Source of the DNA: Octopus sinensis
Taxonomy: Eukaryota
DNA: 64,000 nucleotides
Reading direction: 5' to 3'
Assembly: GCF_006345805.1 (NCBI RefSeq)
Contig: NC_043006.1
Coordinates: 72,044,001-72,108,000 of the forward strand
Shown: piece by piece, positions 43,835 to 56,700 of the stretch
Layout: every line of letters starts with the position of its first letter
How positions within the stretch are numbered: position 1 is the first letter of the stretch
Translations under genes and position numbers: made by a program
The notes under the pieces: model-generated
The model's database searches: none
What the model was told of the DNA's origin: nothing
Seen by the model: only the letters and a program-made list of their open reading frames with translations

Positions 43835-45904
43835 GTTTGTGTGTGTGTTTATTTAAGTATAATGCTCATTAAAAAAACTACGAGAACCACAATTTAAGCT
43901 AAAATACTCAATGACAGATGTAGAGAGGATATGTTTGTATTCTGACAATGCCACTCACAAGACTAATGGTGTTTCTTCCAAACTTCAAATTCATCAGAGT
44001 ACTGCTCTCAGTGATTTCAAAATTTGAAAGAAATAGCACTAGTCTTGTAAGTGTCATACTCTCAGTAAAGCTTGTATAAAGATGCATTTTAAACTGGTTT
44101 CAAATGAGAATATGTAGACCAAGGTTGTATCTCTTCAATCTGGGTCTGTCTGTGTGTCATTGCATCAAACTTATTTCATCCTATCACATGTACTTAACTC
44201 ATTAACTCTATCAGAATCTTCTGTGAAAATATATAAAGTCATGCTTGTATTCTTCAGGGTATGAAGATCTTTGATGGTGTGGGAGTCATTTTTAATTATT
44301 GTCCATCATCACTAACTATTCCGCCCCCCCTCCTTCTGTACCCCCGTCTTTTCCTCTCACTGGTGGTGGTAAGGGTGAGAGGGCCCCCTCATAATGTTCA
44401 TCTCCTTCCTCTTATGTATCAATTATCACAATCAACTGCTGCTGTGGGGCTATATAAACGTATGTGAGGTACATATATATAGCTATGGAATTGATCTGCT
44501 ACCATCACACAAGTGGTTGCTAAGCAACCTCTCAAATTCTAAAATCTTTAAAAATATATATATATATAATAAAATATAACAGAAGTAAAATGATGGTGAG
44601 TAAAGAACAACCAAACCCATGATTTCATCAACATATCCATCATCTGTAACAGTTTTTTTTTTTTTTGGTCATCAATAAACTGTATTAATTTTTAACAATT
44701 TCTTGTTTTGTGTCTCTTTTTCATTTTTATATTTATTGCCTTGTACTCTGGAGCCATCATTCTGTAGTTCACTTCCATTTTATTATCAATTAACTCATTA
44801 GCTAATTCATGGTACCTGCACTTTCCAACACTTACACAAGTTACTGAAACAGAAGCCAAATCCAGTTGTTCACTCCTTCAACAGAGATTATGAACAGATT
44901 AACAACACCCCATCACAACCCAAATACGATAATTTTTTTTTTTTTAATTCATGGATGACAAAGAAAGAACACAAAATTTACATCAAGAATCTTGCAAATC
45001 AAATACAAAAATGAAATAGTGTTCTGCATACTAAATATACATTAGGTAGGATCTTATATATGTAATATACTAAACTAGAAAATTTTGATTAACTGAGATT
45101 ATCTATGCAGTTAGGAGATAAAACCATCTTAAAATTGAATGGTATCAAAATAAAGACAAGACAGGTGAAATGGATCTTGTTTTTAAAAAGCAATGGACAT
45201 GTTTCAATATTATTTGCTCTTTTCAGGAAAATATAGTCAGAATAAATATCATGTGTATATTTAGTTAGCAAGATGCTTCCAGAAAGTATTTTCCCCTTAT
45301 TCTTATTGTATGATTGTTAATAGTGATTTCTGACAAAGCAGCAGGCCACAAATTTTAGAAGATAGAATTATAGTAGATTAAATCTAAAATGATGCAGAGT
45401 TAGATGTGGAAATACAGGTGGAGTTCTCAACAGCTGTGATTTTGGAGGAAAAGATTGAGGAAAGTGTCAGTGTATTGTTTAGCCCCAAGTCATCTCTGGT
45501 CAAGCAGACCACAGCCAGTGTCCTTCCTCGAATTTGAACCTGGAATGTTAAGTTTGAAAGTCAGAACCTCTGGCAATTAATGCTACTGTATTTGGTAATA
45601 TTGACCCAAGTTATTTTGACTATATCTCTGAATTCTATTATAATGTTTACTGACATTTTTTCTAGCCAATCATCCTTGACATCAGGCAGTGAGAGACAAG
45701 AAAGAAAAGTTGCATTTTCATGCTTAAAGGCTTTATAGAATATTTGAGAACTTTTTGGTGGGCTTGTAAAAACCCTAGAGTTTAGCTCTCTATAGGAAAT
45801 TTTCTTATTGCAACCAGATATGTGTTTTTATACCCACAACTTTCCTAGATTATTCTGTCAAAATCAGTGACTATGTCCTAAATTTATATATTTCTGCTCT
45901 ATAG

Positions 45905-46310
45905 GCATAGGAGTGGCTATGTGGTAAGTAGCTTCTTTACGAACCACATGGTTCCGGACTCAGTCCCACCGCGTGGCACCTTGGGCAAGTGTCTTCTACT
46001 ATAGCCTCGGGTCGACCAAAGCCTTGTGAGTGGATTTGGTAGACGGAAACTGAAAGAATCCCGTCGTATATATGTATATATATGTGTGTGTGTGTGTATG
46101 TTTGTGTGTCTGTGTTTGTCCCCCCAACATCGCTTGACAACCGATGCTGGTGTGTTTACATCACCATAACTTAGCAGTTCGGCAAAAGTGAACGATAGAA
46201 TAAGTACTAGGCTTACAAAGAATAAGTCCTGGGGTTGATTTGCTCGACTAAAGGCGGTGCTCCAGCATGGCCACAGTCAAGTGACTGAAACAAGTAAAAT
46301 AGTAAATAGT
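45905..46310 (+). mobile_element. Near full-length SINE family B copy
   Basis: Colinear with 9813-10185, retains CpGs. Confidence 0.8.
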
Positions 46311-47269
46311 TGTCCTTTGACAATTTCATATTTCTTGATTCACCCGTGCAGCATGAACATAAATTGTGCATTATACAAATTTAAAATGTTTAGTGCTATT
46401 AATAAACATTGCTAAAGATAATTCTTTATCTTATTAATCATTGAACATTTTAATCCTCTAGTGTTGTACACTGGCTCAAATATTCTTACCTGTTTTATAT
46501 TCGAACTGGTCAGATCCAGCTTCTTGCACGTATCCTACAATGTTATTCTAAGAATAATTACATCATCAAAATCTCAAAGGTATGAGATAATGTATGATTA
46601 ATTCAAAACAATGTGAATAAATAAGCATTACATTAGACAGAAAAATCTGTATGTAAAATGGTTAAACTAACATATAACTATAAGACCTATCGTGAAAAAT
46701 GTTTTAACTTTGACCAGTAGTTCTTTATAGCAAAGACGACAATATGTTCCCTTGTATCCTTTTGAGACAGTATGCAGGGTTTATAAAAGGAGAGAAAGTC
46801 AGCTGAAAACTCTATAGACTCTCTGACAAGACACATTCAAAGAAAAAAAAGTAACTTCACAACTTCCTTACAATTTTTGAATTTTGAGAGGAATCTCTCT
46901 CTCCACTTCCACCTCCACACACCAGTGTCTGAAAAAACTTGATCTGCCTTGCAAAATTTATTTCAGAGGCCCTTATGGTAAGATGAGATTTGAGAGAAGA
47001 GTGGCTGTTATTTCTACCAGATTGAGCAACCCTTTTTTGAGAATCAGGACACATGAGACATGGCGCTTCATCAGTGAAGAAAATTCATGGTAAATGTTAT
47101 TTAGAAAGTGCTGCAGACTGCAGTTCACCCCTAAGTGATCTAGAGGCAGCTACATCATTGAGAAAAAACTTGTAACTAAGACCCCAGATTCATTGTCAAA
47201 CGAAACAAGCAAATTCGTGGGTAGCTAAATAATAGATTTTCAAACAGCTGGGTTTAGACTATGGAAGTC

Positions 47270-48400
47270 ATCATCATCATGGTGTAGCATCTGCTTTCCA
47301 TGCTAGCATGGGTTGGTCGATTTGACTGAGGACTGGCGAACCAGATGGCTGCACCAGGCTCCAATCTGATCTGGCAGAGTTTCTACAGCTGGATGCCCTT
47401 TCTAAAGCCAACCACTCCGAGAGTATAGTGGGTACTTTGATGTACCTGTGGCACGAGGGCCAGTCAGGCGGTACTGGCGGCAGCCATGCTTAAATGGGGC
47501 TTTTTATGTGCTACCTGCACAGGAGCCAGTCTAGCGGCACTGGCAATGGCCTCACTTGTGTGTTTTTTCATGTGCCACCAGCACAAGTGCCAGTAAGGCG
47601 ACACAGGTAACAATCTCGCTTGAATGGTCCCTTTTACGTGCCACCGGCACAGAAGCCAATTTGTTGCTCTGGCAACGATCACGTTCAGATGGTGCTCTTA
47701 GTGCTCCACTAGCACAGATGCCAGACATTGAATTTGATTTTGATTTCACTTGCCTTAACAGGTCTTCGCAAGCAGAGTTTAGTGTCCAATGAAGGAAAGG
47801 TATGCTTAAGTGGGCTGGTTACACCCCTGGCATAGGCCACAAGGTTATGGTCTCACTGAGCTTGCTGAGTCTTCTCAAGCACAGCATATTTTCAAAGGTC
47901 CTGGTCACTTGTCATTGCCTTGGTGAGGCCCAATGTTCAAAGGTCATGCTTCACCACTTCATCCCAGGTCTTCCTGGGTCTACCTCTTCCACAGGTTCCC
48001 TCAACCGCTAGGGTGTGGCACTTTTTCACACAGCTATCCTCATCCATTCTTGTCACATGGCCATACCAGCGCAGTCGTCTCTCTTACACACCACATCTGA
48101 TGCTTCTTAGGTCCAACTTTTCTCTCAAGGTTATACTCTGTCGAGTATGCACACTAACATTACACATCCATTGGATCATACTGGATTCATTCCTTGCAAG
48201 CTTACGCATGTCCTCAGCAGTCACGGCCCATGTTTCACTACTATACAGCATGGCTGTTCGTAAACATGCGTCATACAGTCTACCTTTTACTCTAAGTGAG
48301 AGGCCCTTTGTCACCAGCAGAAGTAACAGCTCTCTGAACTTTGCCCAGGCTATTCTTGTTCTAGCAGCTAGTGAATCTCCAGTTTAATTCTGAGAGCAGA
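47270..48400 (-). mobile_element. 5'-truncated RTE-clade LINE (RT C-terminus plus 3' UTR with tandem arrays and (GAT)n tail)
   Basis: Minus frame KGRLYDACLRTAMLYSSETWAV...[21 protein letters not shown]...GRGRPRKTW, continuous with the abundant repeat tail. Confidence 0.85.
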
Positions 48401-48967
48401 CGTACATTCAAAAAATGCTGTATCTTTGTTGAGCTGACAGAGACATTTTTTTTCCTTTCAATACTCTAACTATTCTGCCAATCTGCTACTCTATTTATTC
48501 AATGTTAATAAATAAATTATTCTTGAATAAAACAGTGCTTATTTATTTGTAATAGTTACACTGACTCTACCACAATGTAATTAATCATATTATATTTTGT
48601 TTGTATTTCATTAGTAATGGTTTTAAATTTTGTCACAAGGACAGCAATTTTGGGGGAGGGGATGAGTCGACTACATCGTGTTCAATTGGTTTTATCGATC
48701 CTAAAAAGGTGAAAGGCAAAAGTCGGCATACCTACATGTGCTCCTCTCCCCCGACTTTGTTTCCTCATAACTTTCAGAAAAATTAATATTTTTTAACGAA
48801 TATTTTTACAATTACCTCTTAGAGTATGTAGATTATCAGAATTTAATGTGAAAAAAAAAAAAAATTGGTGGGCACACAAGCATGCATACTAACACACGTC
48901 ACGCATATACTTTCAAAATGAAACTAGAAATTTCGGGAAAAAGAATTGTGATGTGTGTCAACACTTA

Positions 48968-49500
48968 TAGAGTGGTCATAAAGTCTTGTCACCCGCTACC
49001 GAAAAGTAATAAGAACAATAGAGGAACAATATAATATCAAACACATTTACTGGTTTTAGTATATTCACTTTCATTGACAATGTCACACATCGAGAAAGTC
49101 TGTATGAACATCGTCATTTTCATAGCACAAAATGATGCAGCGTCATGCCCTGTGTGATATTTTATGAAGCTGTGCTTTGGTGATAGTTGCAAAGGCTGTC
49201 GAAACAATGTCCTTTAACTGGTATTCTGGTATCGCTCGTGAAACTCTCTCCTTGATAATACCCCCACAGAGCGTTGTTGCAAGACGTAAGGTCTGGACTT
49301 CTGAGAGGCCAATCGAGAGGTGCTGGAAGTTTTGATCCTCACCCCATCCATCTATCCCGAAAAACTTCATTCAGGTAATACCTGATATTGATAGCATAGT
49401 GGGGTGGGGCACCATTTTGTCGAAACCAACAATCATTTAAATCCACATTCCACCTCTGGAGCTGTGGTACAAACCACTCCCTTCACATAACAAGGTAAGA
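48968..49500 (-). mobile_element. Tc1/mariner transposase 3' remnant with terminal inverted repeat
   Basis: Minus strand WFRQNGAPPHYAINIRYYLNEVFRDRWMG*...WPLRSPDLTSCNNALWGIIKERV; TIR-like end TA|TAGAGTGGTCATAAAGTC; internal stops. Confidence 0.8.
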
Positions 49501-50275
49501 GCGCTGGTTAACAGAGCCCTCGAAGAAACAGGGTCCTATCAAGTGCCTACTTGATATAGTGGCTTGATATAGCATCTGCCCTGTTTCTCTCCAAAGGCAC
49601 GAAAACCACATTCAGCTTCAGTCCAAACTCGGCAATCAATTCTCCTCGAACTCCCAGACGGCGCTTCACCAACATCTCCGTGGCACCTTTCGTCTAAACT
49701 CTCTTCTCATCGGTGATCACCGATCCTATCCAGCCAAGTACAGTGGCCGAGTCCGTCCCGATTTCGATTGAGCGCAGCCCCCATTTCAGGGCCAAGTTCA
49801 CTCCTTTCAGCACCGCGTCTAATTGGGTGACATTGATGTGGTTAAAGTCATCTGCTTTCCGAAGCCAGGCCGCGTCCTCCACCCCAGCGCCTTCGATCTC
49901 CAACACAACCCCTATTGCTATACTGCTAGCATCACACCAGACGGTCCCGCATTCCGTCTTGGGCACATGCCAGTTACCCCTGACCGGGTCTTCCACTCTC
50001 GTCCTCTCTAGGATTTCCTGCATCATCGCCACCGTCCCTTCTCCCACCTTGTTGCCCCAACTCTCCCCCTCCTCTCGTCTCTTAGTGTAACTGTGACCGA
50101 CCAACTTCCCACACACCGAGAACAGTTCTCTCCTGCTGACACTGGAAGTCAGCTCTGGGATTTCATTTCCTCTCCGGAACACCAACTCACCCGATCTATC
50201 TCTTCGCAGCTTCAGTCTCAGTGCAGCTCCCCCTTCCATCGACTCTGGTGGACTTTTCGGACATCTCTGGCTTCG
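49500..50275 (-). mobile_element. LTR retrotransposon (Gypsy-like) pol fragment: RT end, RNase H, trace of integrase
   Basis: VWCDASSIAIGVVL...HINVTQLDAVLKGVNLALKWG...TDSATVLGW (RNase H pattern); in-frame stop at 49694 then TKGATEMLVKRRLG...RADA; DRTLFL remnant. Confidence 0.75.
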
Positions 50276-50409
50276 TTTTCTTTCATTTTAATCCCACTGT
50301 TGGAATCATGTTTTTGTCCCAAATCTACGCCTATGCTAAATTTCAGAGGTGATGACACTGTCCATTGAGTGGTCCATCTAGTATTTACTATAGAGATATT
50401 GTTTCTGTA

Positions 50410-50667
50410 TTAAAACGGTATCGCATTAAAAAGTACCGCCTAAAAATATAACCAACAACGATTTTATGTTTACATTATATTTATCAAACTTCGCAGAACA
50501 TTTCCCTTCAATTAATCGATTTCTCTCAGAGCAAAACAACAACGGCAAGACTTCCGCCCCCCCCCCAGCCTTTCCCTTTTTTTTTGAAACAACATCAATT
50601 TATCGATTTTAAATTAATCCATAAAAGAAAACATATTAGGTTTAATATAATTTGATATGACACCGTT
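50410..50667 (+). promoter_or_regulatory. Putative AKR promoter / 5' UTR
   Basis: Local CpG retention; ACTTCCGCCCC (ETS-like plus GC box) at 50550-50560; ATCGAT motifs at ~50516 and ~50602; directly upstream of the ATG. Confidence 0.4.
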
Positions 50668-50761
50668 ATGTCTGCTCGACTGAAAGACGGCAAAATGAAA
50701 CACTCAATTCATACAGCTAAAGTAAAATTAAACAATGGCTTATTAATGCCCATCGTTGGTT
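50668..50761 (+). CDS. AKR exon 1: [31 protein letters not shown](L)
   Basis: ATG 50668 (alternative 50695); donor T|GTACGT, phase 1. Confidence 0.85.
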
Positions 50762-53700
50762 GTACGTATTATTTTAGTTCAATTATTATCGTGTTAAATT
50801 TTAAGCTTACTGAAAACGGAAGTTTATTTGTAAAAGGCTGTTGTTATTGGTCACGCGTAGTTACCAAGCTACTGTTGTGTAATCTCAGAAGAATCAGATT
50901 TGTGATCAAAGGATTCCAGCTGTGACCATACAGCCTTTTTGCATATATAGAAATATATTCTTCCACGTGTCCTTCCCTTTTTATACCATAGGGTGAGATC
51001 CAAGTGAATATGACCAGTATTGCTGGCCATGTAGATTTTTGCTCGTTTGCTGGTTGTTGGTAAAAGAATTCGTATACCTTCGATGTAATGCAAACAACGT
51101 TTACAGCGCGCTCACAATCCATTTAAAAAATTATTCCTTAGAAGATAAAATAAAAAATCTAAAGATCTACAAACATAGCATTTCATTTAAAAACAGAAAC
51201 TCGATTTTTACTCTTCTGTTGAGTCATATAACATCTGTTACTTCTGTCGTGGTATTTAAGTAGCTTCCAGAAACAGCTTATAATTACTGTTTCCTGTAAA
51301 TTACTGCTGTGTGAATCAAAGTTTTTCTTTCTTTTTTATCTTAATTATAAAAAAATATAGTATATTGTTGTTTTAGTTATAAGAATCATAAACTGTCCTT
51401 GATTTCCTGTTGCCAATTTTGGCACGCGACCATAAATGTTTTATTCTCTAATCTTCTGCAAATTTGTAGTCAAAATAAACGAGCAGATATTGTAAAGATG
51501 TTATTATTCTTGTGTTTCTAAATAAAATGTTGCTGGCAGAATTAAGGATTTATCAGATATAACCAGGTCAATATTGTTTAGGAGTTAAAGAACGTAGAAG
51601 CAAGTACTTGGTGACTTCACTCGTGCTGGTGACACTAAAATGCACCCAGAAAATTCTCTGACGTAATTGGTATTTGGAAGGATATCCTGCAGAAGAAGTG
51701 AGGCCAAAACACTGACATTAGGTCCTCTGGTCCATTGGTTCCTGTGGAACCATCGAACCCTTGCCAGCTTGGAAAAGATGATACGGGTGTATATGTGTAC
51801 CAAAGAAAGGGCCATTACTTTATATTGGTTTCAAATTTTTGCACAAGACCACCAATTTCAAGGGAGGGGAAGTTGATTACATTGACCCCAGTGCTCAACT
51901 GTTACCTAATTTATCGACTCTGAAAGGATGAAGGGCAAAGTCAACCTTGGTGGACTTTGAATGCTGAACATAAAAATGCTGCTAAGTATTTTGCCCAGTG
52001 GGCTAACGATCTGCCAACTTGGTGCCTTTCTGTTACTTTATAGTGTTGCTTTTAGATGTTGAGTAAGGAAGCACCATTTTGATCAACCAACGCACACGTA
52101 TATGTATGCTTATGTCACTGTAACTTAGTGGTTTGGCAAAAGAGACCAACAAAATACCAGGCTTGAAATAAAAATAAGTATTGGGGTTGATCCATTTGAC
52201 TAAGATAAATTCTTCAAAGCATGCCCACAAAAATTCTTGAAGGCATGGCCCAACATGGCCACAGTCTAATGACTGAAACAAGTGAAAGATAAAAGATGGC
52301 AGTCAAGAATACTATAATATTCTATATACGATGAATGGAGGTAACCATATGTTAAACTGTAATCAACAAGTAAAGAATATTTGTTCATTTTATTTAGTTA
52401 TTTATTTATTTTTTTGCAGTGGGGACTCACAAGATTCAAGGCAAAGAGTTGATTTATTCTGTGTTGGATGCTGCTTTGGCAGCTGGTTACCGATCTATAG
52501 GTAAATCTTATATTTTACTGTAATTTATTTTTTAGTGCATGGAAATAACTACAGGGATATCAAATTGCTGGATCAGGTGATGAAGGTCACGGAGAGGGTC
52601 ATAGCCCATCTCATTAGGGAAAGAGTCTGCTTAGATGAGATGCTGTGGCACATAAAAAGCACCATCCAAACGTGGCCGATGCCAGTGCTGCCTTGATCAG
52701 CTCCCGTGCCAGTGGCATGTAAAAAGCACCAACCGATCGTGGCTGTTGCAAGCCTTCTCTGGCCCCTGTGCCAGTGGCATGTAAAAAGCACCCACTACAC
52801 TCATGGAGTGGTTGGCGTTAGGAAGGGCATCCAGCTGTAGAAGCACTGTCAGATCAAACTGGAGCCTGGTACAGCCTCCTGGCTTCCCAGACACCGGTCG
52901 AACCGTCCAACACATGCTAGCATGGAAAACGGACGTTAAACGATGATGATGTTTGCACCTGCTCAATTTACCATTATAAGGGAGACAATCTCTTCTAGGT
53001 TAAGTTGAGGAATATACTTTTTTTTCTTTCTACATAATCTAAAGTTCTTAAAGCTCCCACTTATTGGTAACCTCGTATAATACTATTTCATCCTTCTTTG
53101 GGACCATCAGCATAGCATAACAAATGAAGCTAAATTTAACACTCTACAAAGCTTATAAAGAGAAAATAGTTTATAGTTTAACCCTTCAGCATTCAAACCT
53201 ACCATATCCAGCCCAAATATACTACCTGTTTTATGTTCAAACTGGCCAAATGTAGCCTCTCACACCTATCCTACAATGCCATTCTAAATATATAACAATC
53301 ATGCCATTGAAATCTCAAAGCTACAAGGTAATGCACGATTAGTTAAAATAATGGGAATAAATAAACATTACATTTGACAGAGTGTGGAGGTGCAATGGCC
53401 CAGTGGTTAGGGCAGCAAACTCACGGTCATAGGATCGCAGTTTTGATTCCCAGATCGGGCGTATTGAGGGGGTGGTGGTAAACCCTGTTGTACTCTTTCA
53501 CTCTTTCTTCCTGTTTCTGTTGTCTTCCTGTCATGTGATGCATACGGACGAGGACAGTTGTGTAAAGAAGTGTTGTTCTCTATGGAGGCAACCTGTGGTA
53601 GAGGTAGACCCGGAAGACATGGGACAATGTGGTGATGGTTGACCTTCGAACTTTGAATCTCACAGAGGCAATGACTAGTGACCAAGACCTTTGGCGATGT

Positions 53701-56700
53701 GTTCTGCTTAAGAAGACCTATCAAGCCAAGTGCACCCATGCTGGTGGCATGTAAAAAAAAAAAAAAAATCAACTTTTGAATGATGGGCCTGACAGAGACA
53801 AAGTGACTGAGTTCCTTTCAAGTGTTGGGCCTCATGGAGGTGAGGTCACTAAGTTTCTTTCAAGCATTGGGCCTCATGGAGGCAAAGTGGCCGAGCCCCT
53901 GGTCTTCACAGAGGCAAAGTGGCTGAGTTCCTTTTGAGTGTTAGGCCTCACGGAGGTGAGGTGGCTGAGTTCCTTTTCAGTGTTGGACCTCATGGAGACA
54001 AAGTAGCTCAGCCCCTTTCAAGTGTTGGGCCTCACAGAGGCAATGATCAAGACCTTTGGCATTATGTCGTGCTTGAGAAGAAGAACCATCAAGCCAAGCA
54101 AAATCACAGTCATGGCAGATACTGGTGTCATGCAATGACACCCTTGCCAGTGGCATGTAAAAGCACCCATTGCACTCTTGGAGTGGTTGGTGTTAGGAAG
54201 GGCATCCAGCCATAGAAAACTATGCCAAATGAGACTGGATTCTGGTGCAGCCTTCCAGTGTGCCAGCCCAGTCAAACCATCCAACCCATACCAGCATGGA
54301 CAACGAACATTAAATGGTGGTGGTGGCAGCTGCTGCTGCTGTTGTTGTTTTTACAGAGGTCAGTGAGGTAGATCACTGAGATTCACTGATCCTGTTGCAG
54401 TTATGTGTGATGTGTATGTATATGCTATGTACATACACACACACACACACACATACACATGCATGTGCACATTCACATACACATACTATTAGAGATTTAA
54501 TAAAAGATTACACACGTCAATGCTGTTCTGTTATTCCACTTGACAGACACAGCCTCAGTGTACAAAAATGAATCAGACATCGGATCAAGTCTTCTGGAAC
54601 TACTTGCTAAATATAACTTGAAAAGAGAGGACATATTCATCACCAGTAAATTAGGTGAGTATTATTCATAAATTTTAGTTAAGGTGACTTGTTCAGCATA
54701 AATCATTTATCGTTTTTACAGTACCTCCAATATTTACAACAGTAACAGTATGCCGTACCACTCCATATGGTACCTAACTCCAGCTAGATGAGTTGAGGCA
54801 TTTAGAATGAAGTATCTTGGTCAGTAATAATTTTTTCTAATTTTCGCTCAAGGTCAGCAGTTTTAGGGGTGGAATAAGTCAATTTCATCAACTCCTGCAT
54901 TTGACTGGTAGTTATTTAGTAACCACTAAAAGGATGGAATGTAAAGTGGACCTTGCTGGCATTTGAACTCAGAATGTAAAGCTGAGAAAAATGCCGTGAA
55001 GCATATTGTGTGGATCACTGACAATTCTGCTACAATGCTGACTCAAAATACAGAAGTAATAGTGAGGTATTAACTATTAATAAGTTTATCTCTACAGATG
55101 TTTTATAGAACTCAGAGCCAGTACTGAAAGTTACAATGTTTTGTATTGTTGTTTCTTCCTTCTCAATCCATGCTTGGCTCATAGGGCTGGTTTCCTTGGC
55201 ATATTAGGTTCCCCACCTGGATGGGACGCCAGTCCATTGCAGGTGAGCTGCAAGATGCAGGAGGAAAGAGTGAGAGAAAGTTGTGGCGAAAGAGTCAGCA
55301 GAATTTTGCCATTACCTTCTGCCAGAGCTGCGTGGAGCTTAGGTGTTTCACTCATAAACACACACATCGCCCAGTCTGAGATTTGAACCCGCTATCCCTC
55401 GAGATCATGAGTCCGTTGCTCTAACCACTAGGCCATGTGCCTCCACTAATGTTTTGTATATGAATACATTTATGTAAACAATGCAGTCAAAGATAGGCAA
55501 TGGGTATATATGCGTATTTAAAGAATTATTGCTCTTTCATCAGCACAAAGTTGTATCCATGCTAGCAAGTAATATTTACATACCAGCTGTCAGGAATGTA
55601 TTTAATATGTAAATTGGTCTGTCCAATAGTACTACATCACCAAACTTGGTGGGTATTTAAGCAATGTGTTTATGGGTAGTTGATGGATTGGATGTGATGC
55701 TGATAAAAGAGCAATAACTCTTGAGATAAGCATATATACCCATTACCTATGTTTTCTATCTTTATTTGCAGCTTACATAAACGTATTTGTATAGAAAACA
55801 TCATAACTTTCAGTGTTTGTTCCAAATTGTATAGAAAATCTGTAGAGACAAACTTAAAAATTGCAACACTGTACTACAAACACAAAAAGGGAAGGCACAA
55901 CATTGACTTGTAAGCCTTTAACCCTTTAGTGTTCAGATTACTCTGTTAAATGTAATACTTTTTCACTCAAATTGTTTTGAATTAATCATGCATTATCTTA
56001 TAGCTTTGAGGTTTCAATGATGTGACTGTTTATTTTTAGAATATCAATGTAGGTTAGGTGTGAGAGGCCTGATCTGGTCAGTTTAAACATAAAATAGGTA
56101 GAAAACTTTGGCCGGATATGGCCAGTTTAAACACTAAAGGGTTAATATACTTGGTAGTAATTTATAGTTGCAAAATGAAATACTCTGTCCTTGCTAGCAA
56201 TTAATACAAACCATCGACTCAGATGTAATAGATCACAACTAATAATTCAGCTAGCTTAAGTCTTCATTGGAAGAAAACGTCTCTTTTTTTTTCTATGTCA
56301 GTATGAGCTGGGGAGGCATTTCTGCTGTAAGTTGACAACCATTTTATAATGAGACAGATTTTGAACTTATGAGATATAAGTGCATGGTCCTACAACTTAA
56401 TCAGTTGACTAACATAATTTCAAATTAACACATGTGATGACTCTCTTGGATCAATTATTTGCAGGCCCAAGAGATCAAGGAAGTGGAAAGTGCCGAGAAG
56501 CTTGTTTACAATCATTATCACGCTTGAAAACTGACTACCTCGACTTATATTTAATTCATTGGCCTGGTGTACAGGGGTTCAAACCTGCAGACAGCAAGCA
56601 AAAGATTCTTCGTCAAGAAAGCTGGAAAGACATGGAGATGTTGTACAAGGAAGGTGAGACTTCAATTTGAACCCTCAATAAATTTCATTTTTTATGACAA

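Larger units (their letters stand above)
35625..44720 (+). other. Putative TRRAP 3' UTR / downstream region (end undefined)
   Basis: AATAAA at ~36667, ~37993 and 44674; the last is followed by a GT/T-rich tract. No transcript data. Confidence 0.3.

Noticed and set aside
46680-47270. Unique-looking sequence with short ORFs on both strands and an AG/GT-bounded 11-mer
   Set aside because: No homology recognised and no linkable exons.
50844-51122. Overlapping minus-strand ORFs in AKR intron 1
   Set aside because: No recognisable domain or splice support; short enough to be chance.
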